Below are positions 8,333-17,986 of a stretch of 64,000 bases of DNA, one piece after another (position 1 is the first letter of the stretch; each line of letters starts with the position of its first letter). Below the pieces are notes generated by a model. The model was given only the letters and a program-made list of their open reading frames with translations. It ran no database searches and was not told where the DNA came from. Source of the stretch: a virus (Duplodnaviria > Caudoviricetes); the IMG/VR virus record IMGVR_UViG_3300042997_001465, positions 6,778-70,777 of that record; one strand, written 5' to 3'. The position numbers and the translations under genes were made by a program.

Positions 8333-9691
8333 CTAAGGACAAGCACCGTCATTCGCGTAAACACTAATTGTTGTTCCTAAAGTTATAGTTGCTCCAGTTA
8401 TTGTGAATGTACCTCCGGATGGACTTGCTGAATGGCAGGTATCAACACTATTACTATCGGTAAATATTATGTGTCCCCCAACTGTATTACTACCATAAGA
8501 AATAACTACATCCTGTGTTCCTGTTTCTGTACTTGTAAAGCTTCCATTATCTCCACCTGTAAGAGTGAAATCAGGACCCGCACCACTCCAAGTTACGGCC
8601 ACCCCATTAATAGTCATACCTGTAATTGGTATATCAAATGAACTTACGGTATTAATATAGATATCAACGTTTGGCGATAGTGTGGTTGTGGTTGTTGTAG
8701 TTGTAGTTGTTGTCGATGTTGTAGTACTTGTTGTCAAACCTGCACAAGCGGTGTAATCCGTAATTTCTCCGTCAGTTGTTACTACTGCTGCGTATTCAGT
8801 TGCCCCCTGTGTCAATTTTCTCCATCCAGTACCGCCTATATACGGAGTTGATAAACCGGTATTAGTATATAAAATCATAGTAACATACGGTACAGTGTTT
8901 CCAGGAGCTGCGTAAAGAGGAATCGTTGGATTACCGGTAGTACATGCATCGTAAGCAGTACCAGTAGATGTACTATCAATTGTATATGCCACAGGCGCAG
9001 CGGTAGTTGTAGTTGTAGTTGTAGTTGTAGTAGTTGTCGATGTTGTTGGTGGTTCAGTTGTTGGCGGTGGTTCAGTCGTTGTAGTTGTAGTTGTAGTTGA
9101 CGTGGTTGTGGTTGTGGTTGATGTTGTAGTACTTGTTGTTGAAGTTGTTCCAGGACAATTACCACCCGCAGTTATTACCGCACCATTTGTTCCTATTTGA
9201 AATGCGAGTTTAGGGTCAGTTCCACCAGAAGTTAATGCCACCCATAAGCTTCCACCATTCGTTGGAGTTCCTGGATATACATCATATATAATATCAGTTG
9301 GTCCAATTAAATTAAGATTAGACTTAGTTGAATAATAAGGTCTAACAGTAGCATAGTTTGTACACGCATCCGATAGTGTTGAATAAGTAGGTGAACCATT
9401 ACCTAAATATTCGTAAACTGGAGGAGCGGTCGTTGTAGTTGTGGTTGATGTTGTTGTAGTAGTTGTGGTTGATGTTGTTGTAGTATTTTGTAAATCCTGA
9501 TAACGAGGGCATCTTAGTGATGTATATCCCGCATATGCAACTACCGTTGTATCTACAAACCAATAAGTATCTATTTCACCCTTGGTCATTATTTTATTTG
9601 CATTATATCCACCAGGATAAGATGCCTTTGATGTAAACCCCATAGTTGCCACATCACCAAATGTTATAAGATAATTATTAGCTTTACTCAT
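8333..9691 (-). CDS. mucin-like poly-Thr modular protein, putative virion fibre/decoration
   Basis: Three Thr tracts (one with TTEPP repeats) and two DAC...C modules; start overlaps upstream stop. Confidence 0.7.
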   Translation of the reverse strand: MSKANNYLITFGDVATMGFTSKASYPGGYNANKIMTKGEIDTYWFVDTTVVAYAGYTSLRCPRYQDLQNTTTTSTTTTTTTSTTTTTTAPPVYEYLGNGSPTYSTLSDACTNYATVRPYYSTKSNLNLIGPTDIIYDVYPGTPTNGGSLWVALTSGGTDPKLAFQIGTNGAVITAGGNCPGTTSTTSTTTSTTTTTTSTTTTTTTTEPPPTTEPPTTSTTTTTTTTTTTTAAPVAYTIDSTSTGTAYDACTTGNPTIPLYAAPGNTVPYVTMILYTNTGLSTPYIGGTGWRKLTQGATEYAAVVTTDGEITDYTACAGLTTSTTTSTTTTTTTTTTTLSPNVDIYINTVSSFDIPITGMTINGVAVTWSGAGPDFTLTGGDNGSFTSTETGTQDVVISYGSNTVGGHIIFTDSNSVDTCHSASPSGGTFTITGATITLGTTISVYANDGACP

Positions 9692-12288
9692 TATTTACCT
9701 TCCAAAATATTTATTCTATTTTCCAATTCAGCTATACGCTTTTCTAAATCAGCTATCTTCAAAGTATGTACATCCGAATAGTTTACACTATATTTCTCAT
9801 TATCATAATTAACTACATCTGGAAATAGCTCTAACAATTGTTGTGCCGAATAACCATATCTTATTTTGTCTTTATTACTATCTGTACGAGTAAATTTAAT
9901 TACGTCAACTCCTCTAAGATTTACTATTGGATTTAATTGAATTATATTTTTAAATCTAATATCCGAACTTTCATTGAATGCACCTGCTGTGATAGTAGTT
10001 CCACTAATAGAAACGCCGGTCTTTGCGGTTGCAGTATTAGCTGTACCATTAGCTGTTAATATAAGGTCTGCTGTTGTTGGTGAGATTGAAGTAAATCCGG
10101 CTCCACTTGTTCCAGATGAACCACTTCCACCCGGTGCTCCATTAACTCCACTTGTTCCAGAAGTTCCCGAAGAACCACCACCACCACTTATACCTGACGT
10201 TCCAGATGAACCATTTCCTCCAGGTGCTCCACTAACTCCACTTGTCCCTGATGAACCAGATGTACCAGATGTTCCGCTACTTCCAGATGTTCCAGAAGAA
10301 CCAGATGTTCCTGATGAACCACCGCTTCCTGCAGTTCCCATTGTTCCAGAAGTTCCGGATGTACCACTACTTCCTGAAGTTCCCGATGAACCAGATGTAC
10401 CTGATGTTCCACTACTACCAGAAGTTCCTGATGTACCAGATGTTCCGGATGTTCCACTACTTCCGCTCGTTCCTGATGTACCAGATGTTCCGCTACTTCC
10501 TGAAGTGCCACTTGTACCCGATGTTCCTGAAGTGCCACTTGTACCCGATGTTCCTGAAGTGCCACTTGTACCCGATGTTCCTGAAGTGCCACTTGTACCC
10601 GATGTTCCACCAGTACCATGTGTACCAGCTGCATCTATCCATATACTACCATTGTATCTATAAATGTTAGTATCTGATGTATTATAATAAATTTGTCCTG
10701 CAGAAGTACCAGACGGTGATGAACTATATGCTGGTATTTTAATTCCAGTTGTTATATCAACAGATCCTGTAAATTCATGCTTATCATCGGTAGTGTTACC
10801 AAATTTAGATGAACCACTTTGAAATAACACAGATGATGTTGTATAAGTTGTATGAATTTCTTGTGCAGTTATTTTTCCAATGATTTCAATATCAGCTCCA
10901 TTTACAATAATTGCTCCTTTTAACGATGCGGTATATGCTTCGATGCCACCTATCTCAGCTCTAAATGATGATGTTACAATTGATAACGTACCATCCTTTC
11001 CAATTTGAGATGCTGTGAATGAATTTAATGCACCAGTTATATACAACATCCTAGTATCATTTGCCAATTGTGAACTGGTAAATGCGTTTATTGATGAAGT
11101 TACAACTGAAAGTGTAAAATCTTTATTTATTTGAGAACCGGTAAATGCGTTAATTGATGCTGTAAATGTCGATACGGTATTCGCTTGTCCAATTGTAGAA
11201 CCAGTGAATGCATTTAATGAAGCAGTTACTATCGAAAGTATAAAATCTTTACCAATTTGAGATTGTGTAAAAGCATTCAACGAAGATGTTACTACCGCCA
11301 ATGTACCATCTTTACCTATCTGCGATGCAGTAAATGCATGTAATGATGAGGTTGTTTGGTAGAAGTATCTTAATGAAGATGTCACTTCTGCTAATGTACC
11401 ATCTTTACCTATCTGCGATGCAGTAAATGCGTGTATTGAAGAAGTTGTTTGGTAGAAGTATCTTAATGAAGATGTCACTTCAGCCAAAGTTCCATCTTTG
11501 CCTATCTGCGAACCAGTAAATGCGTTAATAGATGCTGTAAATATTGATAACGTATTCGTCTGTCCTATTTGAGATGCGGTAAAAGCATGTAGAGATGAGG
11601 TTGTTTGGTAGAAGTATCTTAATGAAGATGTCACTTCTGCTAATGTACCATCTTTTCCAATTTGAGATGCGGTGAAATCATGTATGGATGAGGTTGTTTG
11701 ATAAAAATACCTTAACGAAGATGTTACTTCTGCCAATGTACCATCCTTACCTATTTGAGATGCGGTGAATGCATGTATTGAAGAAGTTGTTTGGTAGAAG
11801 TATCTTAATGAAGATGTCACTTCCGCCAATGTACCATCTTTTCCAATTTGAGATGATGTAAAGAAATTTAATGATGCAGTTGTTTGTTGTAATCTTTCTA
11901 TTGTATTTGAATCGATGTTTGTTACAAGTACTCCATTATAATTTAAAGAACCAGTTATATTAACTGAACCCGTAAATAGTTGTGTATCGGTAAGTTCGTT
12001 ACCAAAAATATTACCCCCTTCGGAATATATTATACTTGCAGTTTCATATACAGCAACTATCTCGTTCACCGTTAATTTTCCGGTAATAATAACATTATTG
12101 TTAATAGTTTGAGGTCCGGTGAATGTATTACCCGCAGAACCCGTATGTGCGGAGTATTGACTGGTGTATTTACTAAAATCCTGTATTGTTATCTTTTCGG
12201 TAATACCATCGTGTACAATCGGTACATATACAATAGAACCTGATACCGTACTTATTAACGGTAATTCGGATATCTTCTTATCTGCCAT
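9691..12288 (-). CDS. tail-fibre-like protein: helical repeats, GTS collagen-like tract, C-terminal peptidase S74 chaperone
   Basis: GSVNITGSL motifs; 21/31-aa repeats; long G-X-Y tract; SDIRFKNI...YGYSAQQ...coiled coil. Confidence 0.8.
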   Translation of the reverse strand: MADKKISELPLISTVSGSIVYVPIVHDGITEKITIQDFSKYTSQYSAHTGSAGNTFTGPQTINNNVIITGKLTVNEIVAVYETASIIYSEGGNIFGNELTDTQLFTGSVNITGSLNYNGVLVTNIDSNTIERLQQTTASLNFFTSSQIGKDGTLAEVTSSLRYFYQTTSSIHAFTASQIGKDGTLAEVTSSLRYFYQTTSSIHDFTASQIGKDGTLAEVTSSLRYFYQTTSSLHAFTASQIGQTNTLSIFTASINAFTGSQIGKDGTLAEVTSSLRYFYQTTSSIHAFTASQIGKDGTLAEVTSSLRYFYQTTSSLHAFTASQIGKDGTLAVVTSSLNAFTQSQIGKDFILSIVTASLNAFTGSTIGQANTVSTFTASINAFTGSQINKDFTLSVVTSSINAFTSSQLANDTRMLYITGALNSFTASQIGKDGTLSIVTSSFRAEIGGIEAYTASLKGAIIVNGADIEIIGKITAQEIHTTYTTSSVLFQSGSSKFGNTTDDKHEFTGSVDITTGIKIPAYSSSPSGTSAGQIYYNTSDTNIYRYNGSIWIDAAGTHGTGGTSGTSGTSGTSGTSGTSGTSGTSGTSGTSGTSGTSGSSGTSGTSGTSGSSGTSGTSGTSGTSGSSGTSGTSGSSGTSGSSGTSGTSGTMGTAGSGGSSGTSGSSGTSGSSGTSGTSGSSGTSGVSGAPGGNGSSGTSGISGGGGSSGTSGTSGVNGAPGGSGSSGTSGAGFTSISPTTADLILTANGTANTATAKTGVSISGTTITAGAFNESSDIRFKNIIQLNPIVNLRGVDVIKFTRTDSNKDKIRYGYSAQQLLELFPDVVNYDNEKYSVNYSDVHTLKIADLEKRIAELENRINILEGK
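10105..10625. repeat. Gly-Thr-Ser triplet coding repeat, includes four exact 27-bp units at 10499-10606
   Basis: cctgaagtgccacttgtacccgatgtt x4 contiguous; roughly 55-60 uninterrupted G-X-Y triplets. Confidence 0.9.
10962..11860. repeat. coding tandem repeats of 63 bp and 93 bp (21-aa and 31-aa units)
   Basis: TASQIGKDGTLAEVTSSLRYFYQTTSS[IL]H[AD]F x5 interspersed with about seven 21-aa variants. Confidence 0.9.
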
Positions 12289-12364
12289 TTTTCTATATTA
12301 TTTTATAAAGTTGGTCTTCAACTCCTATAAATATTGAAAAAATGAAATAAACCAATACTACACA

Positions 12365-12892
12365 TTAGAAGTGTTTGACTTGTTGGATTTTTTGCTTTAT
12401 ATCGTAGTTCTTAAGCCTTTTGCGGACCGCATCTATATTTTTAGGAGAATCATCCACAAAGAACACATCATCAAATCCTGCTTTTACTTTGTCCTCAATC
12501 CAGTCAGCTTTCTTTTCAGGGTTATTATCACCCAATGCTACTACTGTTACACCCCTTATACCTAAATCTTTTATGAATTGTGAAACTGGTCTTTCAGCGG
12601 AACGAGCAGTTAGGATAAATACCTCCCTACTACCACCACTATTAACCATTCTTCTCAATAACTCCACATATCCTTTGATAAGTTGTGGGTTTGTTACTTG
12701 CTGAAAATCTTTGTAATCAAATTTGTCACCTGGTTGTTCTTTGTAAACTGCATATTGACCGGGACTTAATTTAGATGTTTTACCATCCTTATGCGTTACA
12801 TATATAAATGAGTTGGTTTTGACAAGTGTATCATCAAAATCAAAAATTCTTAATTTCTTATCTTCCGTAAACAGTGTTCGTGCTAATGGCAT
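12365..12892 (-). CDS. HAD-family phosphatase (cap-less, PNKP/nucleotidase-like)
   Basis: IFDFDDTL, ILTARS, K, FVDDSPKN = HAD motifs I-IV. Confidence 0.8.
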   Translation of the reverse strand: MPLARTLFTEDKKLRIFDFDDTLVKTNSFIYVTHKDGKTSKLSPGQYAVYKEQPGDKFDYKDFQQVTNPQLIKGYVELLRRMVNSGGSREVFILTARSAERPVSQFIKDLGIRGVTVVALGDNNPEKKADWIEDKVKAGFDDVFFVDDSPKNIDAVRKRLKNYDIKQKIQQVKHF

Positions 12893-12893
12893 C

Positions 12894-13217
12894 CTATCCG
12901 TTTATTTGTCTCTTAGTCTTTGGGAGTGCTTTCTCTAACTTATCGTTCTCTTTGGTAAGGTATTCAACTTTAACACCCAATGCTGCCACTTCTTTTGTAA
13001 GTTCTAACACCATCATACGAAGTTCATCCTTTTCTCTACCAGCTGCTTCTAGCAATCCTTCTAATTTAGAGATACGGTCTTTACAATCATGTCTGATAAA
13101 TTCATCATCTCTTTCTTTACTTAGTGCTCTCTTTTCATAATATCTCCAAGCACCCGTTCCACCTAATACGGTGATAGCTGTGATTATTACTGAATACATA
13201 TTTTCCATACTTAACAA
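12894..13217 (-). CDS. membrane-anchored coiled-coil protein (holin-like candidate)
   Basis: N-terminal helix VIITAITVLGGTGAW then heptad-rich region; likely start at 13208. Confidence 0.55.
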   Translation of the reverse strand: MLSMENMYSVIITAITVLGGTGAWRYYEKRALSKERDDEFIRHDCKDRISKLEGLLEAAGREKDELRMMVLELTKEVAALGVKVEYLTKENDKLEKALPKTKRQING

Positions 13218-13813
13218 GTTTTACATTCGTTTACCGATTCTTTTATACCATTTTTAAAATTCCATCTAGCTCCTCTATGTGTAGTTGCCCTCAATGTATT
13301 TCCTTGCTTATCAGTTAATGGTTTTCTTGTTTTGGAATCATATACCCAACCATCAGTATTAGATGATGTATAACCATTATATCCGTTCATAACAAAAGCA
13401 TTTCCAGTATATGGCTTTTTGTTTAAATAAATTGTATTTGGTAATTTCAAATCATGGAATCTATCTACAATATCAATTACTTTTGCTTCGTTTACAGGTT
13501 CTTCTTCCGTTTGAGGTAACGCTGCAGCTACATGCTCTACACCTTTCTTGTCAACGTATTCTATTTTTAATTTAAAATGCTTCATTATATCCTGTATATC
13601 ATTATAATTCATTTCCATCAATTCATCAACAATATCATTTCTACGTGCATTTGGTTTACGAAATAGGAATAAAGATATTGCTTTCTTAGCATTTGATGTT
13701 CCCTTATCGTAGAATTTCATTATTGCTTTGAAATTTACATCGTTTTGTGACATCTCATCTATGAATTGTTCTCTAATTACTGAACGAATTATCTCTTTTA
13801 ATTGGGTTTCCAT
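13211..13813 (-). CDS. hypothetical protein, possible internal head protein
   Basis: N-terminal QLKEIIRSVIREQ motif; TATTTATA motif upstream. Confidence 0.55.
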   Translation of the reverse strand: METQLKEIIRSVIREQFIDEMSQNDVNFKAIMKFYDKGTSNAKKAISLFLFRKPNARRNDIVDELMEMNYNDIQDIMKHFKLKIEYVDKKGVEHVAAALPQTEEEPVNEAKVIDIVDRFHDLKLPNTIYLNKKPYTGNAFVMNGYNGYTSSNTDGWVYDSKTRKPLTDKQGNTLRATTHRGARWNFKNGIKESVNECKTC

Positions 13814-13849
13814 TATATTTCTTTACTTAATAGATATAAATATAAACAT

Positions 13850-14740
13850 TTATGAATTAGAATGATTTTTTATTAGTTTTCTAGCAAAATTGATAACTTC
13901 CTGTTGTCCCAAATTATTTGCGTTTGTCCAAAACTCTACCTTTCTATCAATCGGTTTGATTTTTCCATCAAATGATGGTTTTCTATTAATATAATCTTCG
14001 GTGATATAAATACCATCCATATATACTTGTTGTATATCATGCCCCATCTTTATTGCAACTTCGGCTGCTGACATTGCGTATGTGTCTTCCGGACCATATC
14101 CTCTAAACGATTCCGGTATTCCAACAAATTCCCAAAATGATTTGGAGTATAAAGTATGCATACCACATCCAAATTTAATGACGGGTGTTCTTTTTACATT
14201 AATTTCTTTTATAGTCTGCACCGTTGTGTTTTCTATGGCTTCTCTTTCGGTTGAATATCCAATGTGTTTATCCATATAATCCGAATGACATATTACATCC
14301 CAACTCTCATCCCAAAACTTTGCCAATGATGGTGATATAATATACATACCATCCATTTGATATGATACATCCAATTGATATCGTAACATATGTTCATGGA
14401 ATAAAATATCGGTATCACAGAATATGAACTGGTCATAATCCAATTTAATAGCTTCTCTTTTTTGTTGAGTAGTTCCCCAACAGGATGTGTCTAATATAAT
14501 TTCATTTACGTTTTTAATTCCATTGAATAGAATAGCAAATCTATTTACAAAATGACCGTTTTTTAGTTCACTATTTTCCCAATCGGTTAATTCCGGATTT
14601 AGGTTTAGAGTTACCTTTAACGTCACATCATCTCTTTCATCTAAATAAAGAAATGCTTTTCTAAATAATTGCACTTGTCTTTCAAACATTTCAAGTTCCG
14701 ATGGCATTACATGAATGCAAATTAGTGTTCTTTTTTTCAT
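13850..14740 (-). CDS. GT-A fold glycosyltransferase-like protein
   Basis: FIFCDTDIL (DxD); FRGYGPED motif. Confidence 0.65.
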   Translation of the reverse strand: MKKRTLICIHVMPSELEMFERQVQLFRKAFLYLDERDDVTLKVTLNLNPELTDWENSELKNGHFVNRFAILFNGIKNVNEIILDTSCWGTTQQKREAIKLDYDQFIFCDTDILFHEHMLRYQLDVSYQMDGMYIISPSLAKFWDESWDVICHSDYMDKHIGYSTEREAIENTTVQTIKEINVKRTPVIKFGCGMHTLYSKSFWEFVGIPESFRGYGPEDTYAMSAAEVAIKMGHDIQQVYMDGIYITEDYINRKPSFDGKIKPIDRKVEFWTNANNLGQQEVINFARKLIKNHSNS

Positions 14741-15966
14741 TAAAATATATTTTTAAATAATGGTAATGTCATATCCTTTGTTCTTAAATTAAATACATGC
14801 AGTTGGAATATATCCCATTCAAAACTTCCAACCGAATCCGTTTGCTGAATAATGAATGGTATGTTCTTTATAAATTGTGTAAAGTTTTCATTTGTTAATT
14901 TAGAACCATCAAACATTATATGTACATCACCTTGCATCTCATCGCCAATTTGATGTATCTTATCGGATAAATCAAACATTGTTTCCGTTTGTTCTTTGGT
15001 TACATAACTTTGATATTCACAATCAACATACAATCTGTCACACCAAGGTTCTAACGCTTGCAATAAGTGTGGTTGACAATTATGTACCACTAATGTTGTA
15101 TCGTATCTATTAGGTACAATCGGCATCATTAACTCATCATGCAAAACATCAGTATGCCATTTTCTCCACCACTCTTTAAATTTGTTTTGTCTTAATTCTA
15201 GATACTCTTTTGAGTCTTTAGGTTTAAACCAAATAGTTCCATCCGGTAATGGTATCTCCTTTTCAATCTCAATACCATCTTTGAATCTACTACCTCTACA
15301 AGTCATATGATATACAAACGCGTCTCTACTCTGAATTAATTTATATTGCTGTAAATGGAATCTATTGAATATGTCCGAATCTTCCAACTCCATAGGTGCG
15401 AATAATTTATCATGCCCACCTATTTGTGCAAAATCTTCTTTATATAACATCCAAGGTGCAAAGATACCATTAGTAGTTTTACCCTCCATTGCATATTCGG
15501 TTTCATATACAAATTTTTGGAAAGCCGAATTATCAAATGTTTCAGGCTCCATACCAAAATCCTTAACATACTTTTCAGGACCGGGGGGATGTAGTGGTGG
15601 TTCAATACGAGTAGCACTTACAACTGATAATGGTGTTAAGTTCTTTAACATATTACCCACATAGTTTGGTGTAACAATCATATCCGAATGTAAGATAGTA
15701 ACAACAGGTGTTTCTGCTAAACTAATACCAATATCATATAATACAGTATGCCCAATTCTATCAGGACCTTCGTTTCTATATGTTTTGATATATGGTTTAT
15801 TAAGTGATTCAATCCACTCCCATGTCCCATCGTTTGAAGCATCGTCTAATATCACTATTCGATGGTAATCGTTATAATTATCTTCTATACTATGAACCGC
15901 TTGCTTTAAATATTTTAAATTATTTCGACAAGGTATAATAAATGTAATTGGTTGATATTCTGTCAT
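14740..15966 (-). CDS. GT2-family glycosyltransferase with C-terminal extension
   Basis: ITFIIPCRN, ILDDASNDGT, LHSDM, EDSD, VYH motifs. Confidence 0.85.
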   Translation of the reverse strand: MTEYQPITFIIPCRNNLKYLKQAVHSIEDNYNDYHRIVILDDASNDGTWEWIESLNKPYIKTYRNEGPDRIGHTVLYDIGISLAETPVVTILHSDMIVTPNYVGNMLKNLTPLSVVSATRIEPPLHPPGPEKYVKDFGMEPETFDNSAFQKFVYETEYAMEGKTTNGIFAPWMLYKEDFAQIGGHDKLFAPMELEDSDIFNRFHLQQYKLIQSRDAFVYHMTCRGSRFKDGIEIEKEIPLPDGTIWFKPKDSKEYLELRQNKFKEWWRKWHTDVLHDELMMPIVPNRYDTTLVVHNCQPHLLQALEPWCDRLYVDCEYQSYVTKEQTETMFDLSDKIHQIGDEMQGDVHIMFDGSKLTNENFTQFIKNIPFIIQQTDSVGSFEWDIFQLHVFNLRTKDMTLPLFKNIF

Positions 15967-15967
15967 A

Positions 15968-16585
15968 TTATGTAAATCTTAATAGTTTATAGTTTAATAT
16001 AAATGTTTCTAAATTAATATTTGATTGATATAAATAATGTCTAAGCATTTCTTCCATACCAATCAACTCACCGTATAACTCATTCGCACCGGGTATTCTT
16101 TCAAATGGTAAATTTATTCTATATGGTAACTCAAAATATAAATTCATAACATTCTTATATCCATATAAAATTTGGTCATTACAAAGTATTCTAGAATCAT
16201 AATAGGAAGGTGTTATACCATGCCCCGCTTCAATTGGAGTTAATATTGTATTTTCTCTTGGATTTAAATCAAATGTAGAAAACGCCAAATCGTTTCGTAA
16301 TTTTACAATAACATCGTCATCAGAAAAAGTGTGTTTAAAATGATTATAACATTCATATAAAGAACTCCATTGTGATATGTAATTTTCTTTATGTGGATGA
16401 TTTGAGTTATTTAACATTGTATCGGTTAATATCTTTGTTTGAATAAACTCACTATCAATTCCCCAACCCCATTCATGAGTAGACCCAATATATATTTTAG
16501 CATTATGATGTTCTGCAAACTTTTTTACATTTTGCCAAGTTTCATAAGTACCTCTCTGCTGCCCTGCTAATATAACCCGTACCAT
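15968..16585 (-). CDS. putative glycan-modifying protein (RxDL family paralogue)
   Basis: MVRVILAGQ, DVIVKLRNDL, NDQILYG. Confidence 0.55.
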   Translation of the reverse strand: MVRVILAGQQRGTYETWQNVKKFAEHHNAKIYIGSTHEWGWGIDSEFIQTKILTDTMLNNSNHPHKENYISQWSSLYECYNHFKHTFSDDDVIVKLRNDLAFSTFDLNPRENTILTPIEAGHGITPSYYDSRILCNDQILYGYKNVMNLYFELPYRINLPFERIPGANELYGELIGMEEMLRHYLYQSNINLETFILNYKLLRFT

Positions 16586-16599
16586 TTATTTTATATTTT

Positions 16600-17283
16600 T
16601 TAAATTGTTTCTAATTGATATACACCACCTTCTCCAGTTGGTCTAGTAACTCCATTGTGATTTTTATTATATAATATATTATCAATTCCTTTTATCGTTA
16701 TGCCATTTTCATGTAACCATATTGTCAAATTACTCTCGTTTGAACCAATCGAATACGATACTTCATTTAACCCATGTCTTTCTTTATTATAATATTTTGT
16801 TGGGAATTTTGATATCACATCCATAACTCTGGCATCGCCGATATAAAATTGGTCATTTGCAGTAGATTTATTAGGTAGTCCCGCCGTCACTCTATGCATT
16901 GAAGTATATAATGTATTTGGTTGTAACGTTGAAAAAAAGTATTCAGATAATTCACCGGATTGAAAATCCAAATCACATCTACTTTTTATATACCAATCAT
17001 AATCTTCTTCAATGCTATTTATTACATTTTTCAAATTCCAAAATTGCCAAAATCCAGATTGTCCTGGATCATTATTTCTATATTTGAACCAATTAGTATC
17101 TTTTAATGAAACGGTTGGTGTTGAAAATATTTTCTTTAGTGGCCACCTACTCTGTATCCAATCATATTTATAATGTTCAAAACAAGATACATAGGTATCA
17201 TAGTTACCAACAATTTTTAAATGATTATCAATTATAGTTTGGTTGCCCCTATATGGACCAGCTAAAAGTATTGCTATTTTCAT
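16600..17283 (-). CDS. putative glycan-modifying protein (RxDL family paralogue)
   Basis: MKIAILLAG, DWYIKSRCDL, NDQFYIG. Confidence 0.55.
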   Translation of the reverse strand: MKIAILLAGPYRGNQTIIDNHLKIVGNYDTYVSCFEHYKYDWIQSRWPLKKIFSTPTVSLKDTNWFKYRNNDPGQSGFWQFWNLKNVINSIEEDYDWYIKSRCDLDFQSGELSEYFFSTLQPNTLYTSMHRVTAGLPNKSTANDQFYIGDARVMDVISKFPTKYYNKERHGLNEVSYSIGSNESNLTIWLHENGITIKGIDNILYNKNHNGVTRPTGEGGVYQLETI

Positions 17284-17286
17284 AAA

Positions 17287-17985
17287 TTATTTTATACAAT
17301 TGAAATAAATCCAATTTGGATGAATATCACCAGGTCCAACTGGACCAATTATGAATTGGAAGTTAGTAAATCCAATTTCAATTAAATCCTTTTCTAATTG
17401 CTCAGTAGATTCTATACAAACATCACAGGTTCTATTAGTACCTTGGGCATTGTAATAGTTTTCATAATAACCAACCGTTGCGGGTGATGGAGAACCAAAC
17501 CCCATTTGAGCCGTAAAAACTCCTCCATTTTTTAAAATACGATATATGTCTTTCATAATTGAATATCTTATATCATACACACATATATGTTGAAGTGCAA
17601 TTGTGCTCATTACAAAATCATATGTATTTGATTCTATGCAATCAACTCCCACTCCATTTGAAACATATAAATTACATCCGATTCCATTTGAAGATATATA
17701 TTCTTTAGCATTTTGTATATTAACTGGACTTATATCAACACCATCCAATCTTTTAAATCGGTTTGAATATTTTACTATATTTCTACCAGGACCACATGCG
17801 AAATCTAAACCTATTTTTTCATTCTGAGAATCTATTGGGGTAAATAAATTTTCATAATCTTTCCACTCATTGTGTAAATCAAAACTACCAACCACGGGGT
17901 CTCTATTTTCTTGAGACCAACCAGATGCCAAAGAGTTATATTGATTTAACTGCATTTGAGTGTATTTGTTTGTACTATCTATCAT
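17287..17985 (-). CDS. class I SAM-dependent methyltransferase
   Basis: LDFACGPGR, GVDIS, YDFVMSTIALQH, LKNGG. Confidence 0.85.
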   Translation of the reverse strand: MIDSTNKYTQMQLNQYNSLASGWSQENRDPVVGSFDLHNEWKDYENLFTPIDSQNEKIGLDFACGPGRNIVKYSNRFKRLDGVDISPVNIQNAKEYISSNGIGCNLYVSNGVGVDCIESNTYDFVMSTIALQHICVYDIRYSIMKDIYRILKNGGVFTAQMGFGSPSPATVGYYENYYNAQGTNRTCDVCIESTEQLEKDLIEIGFTNFQFIIGPVGPGDIHPNWIYFNCIK

Positions 17986-17986
17986 T

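Noticed and set aside
10499-10606. Four exact 27-bp direct repeats resembling a CRISPR array
   Set aside because: Repeats are contiguous with no spacers and in frame within the GTS coding tract.
9691-12288. Diversity-generating retroelement targeting fibre genes
   Set aside because: No reverse transcriptase in the window; repeat differences are synonymous at mixed bases, not adenine-specific TR/VR pairs.
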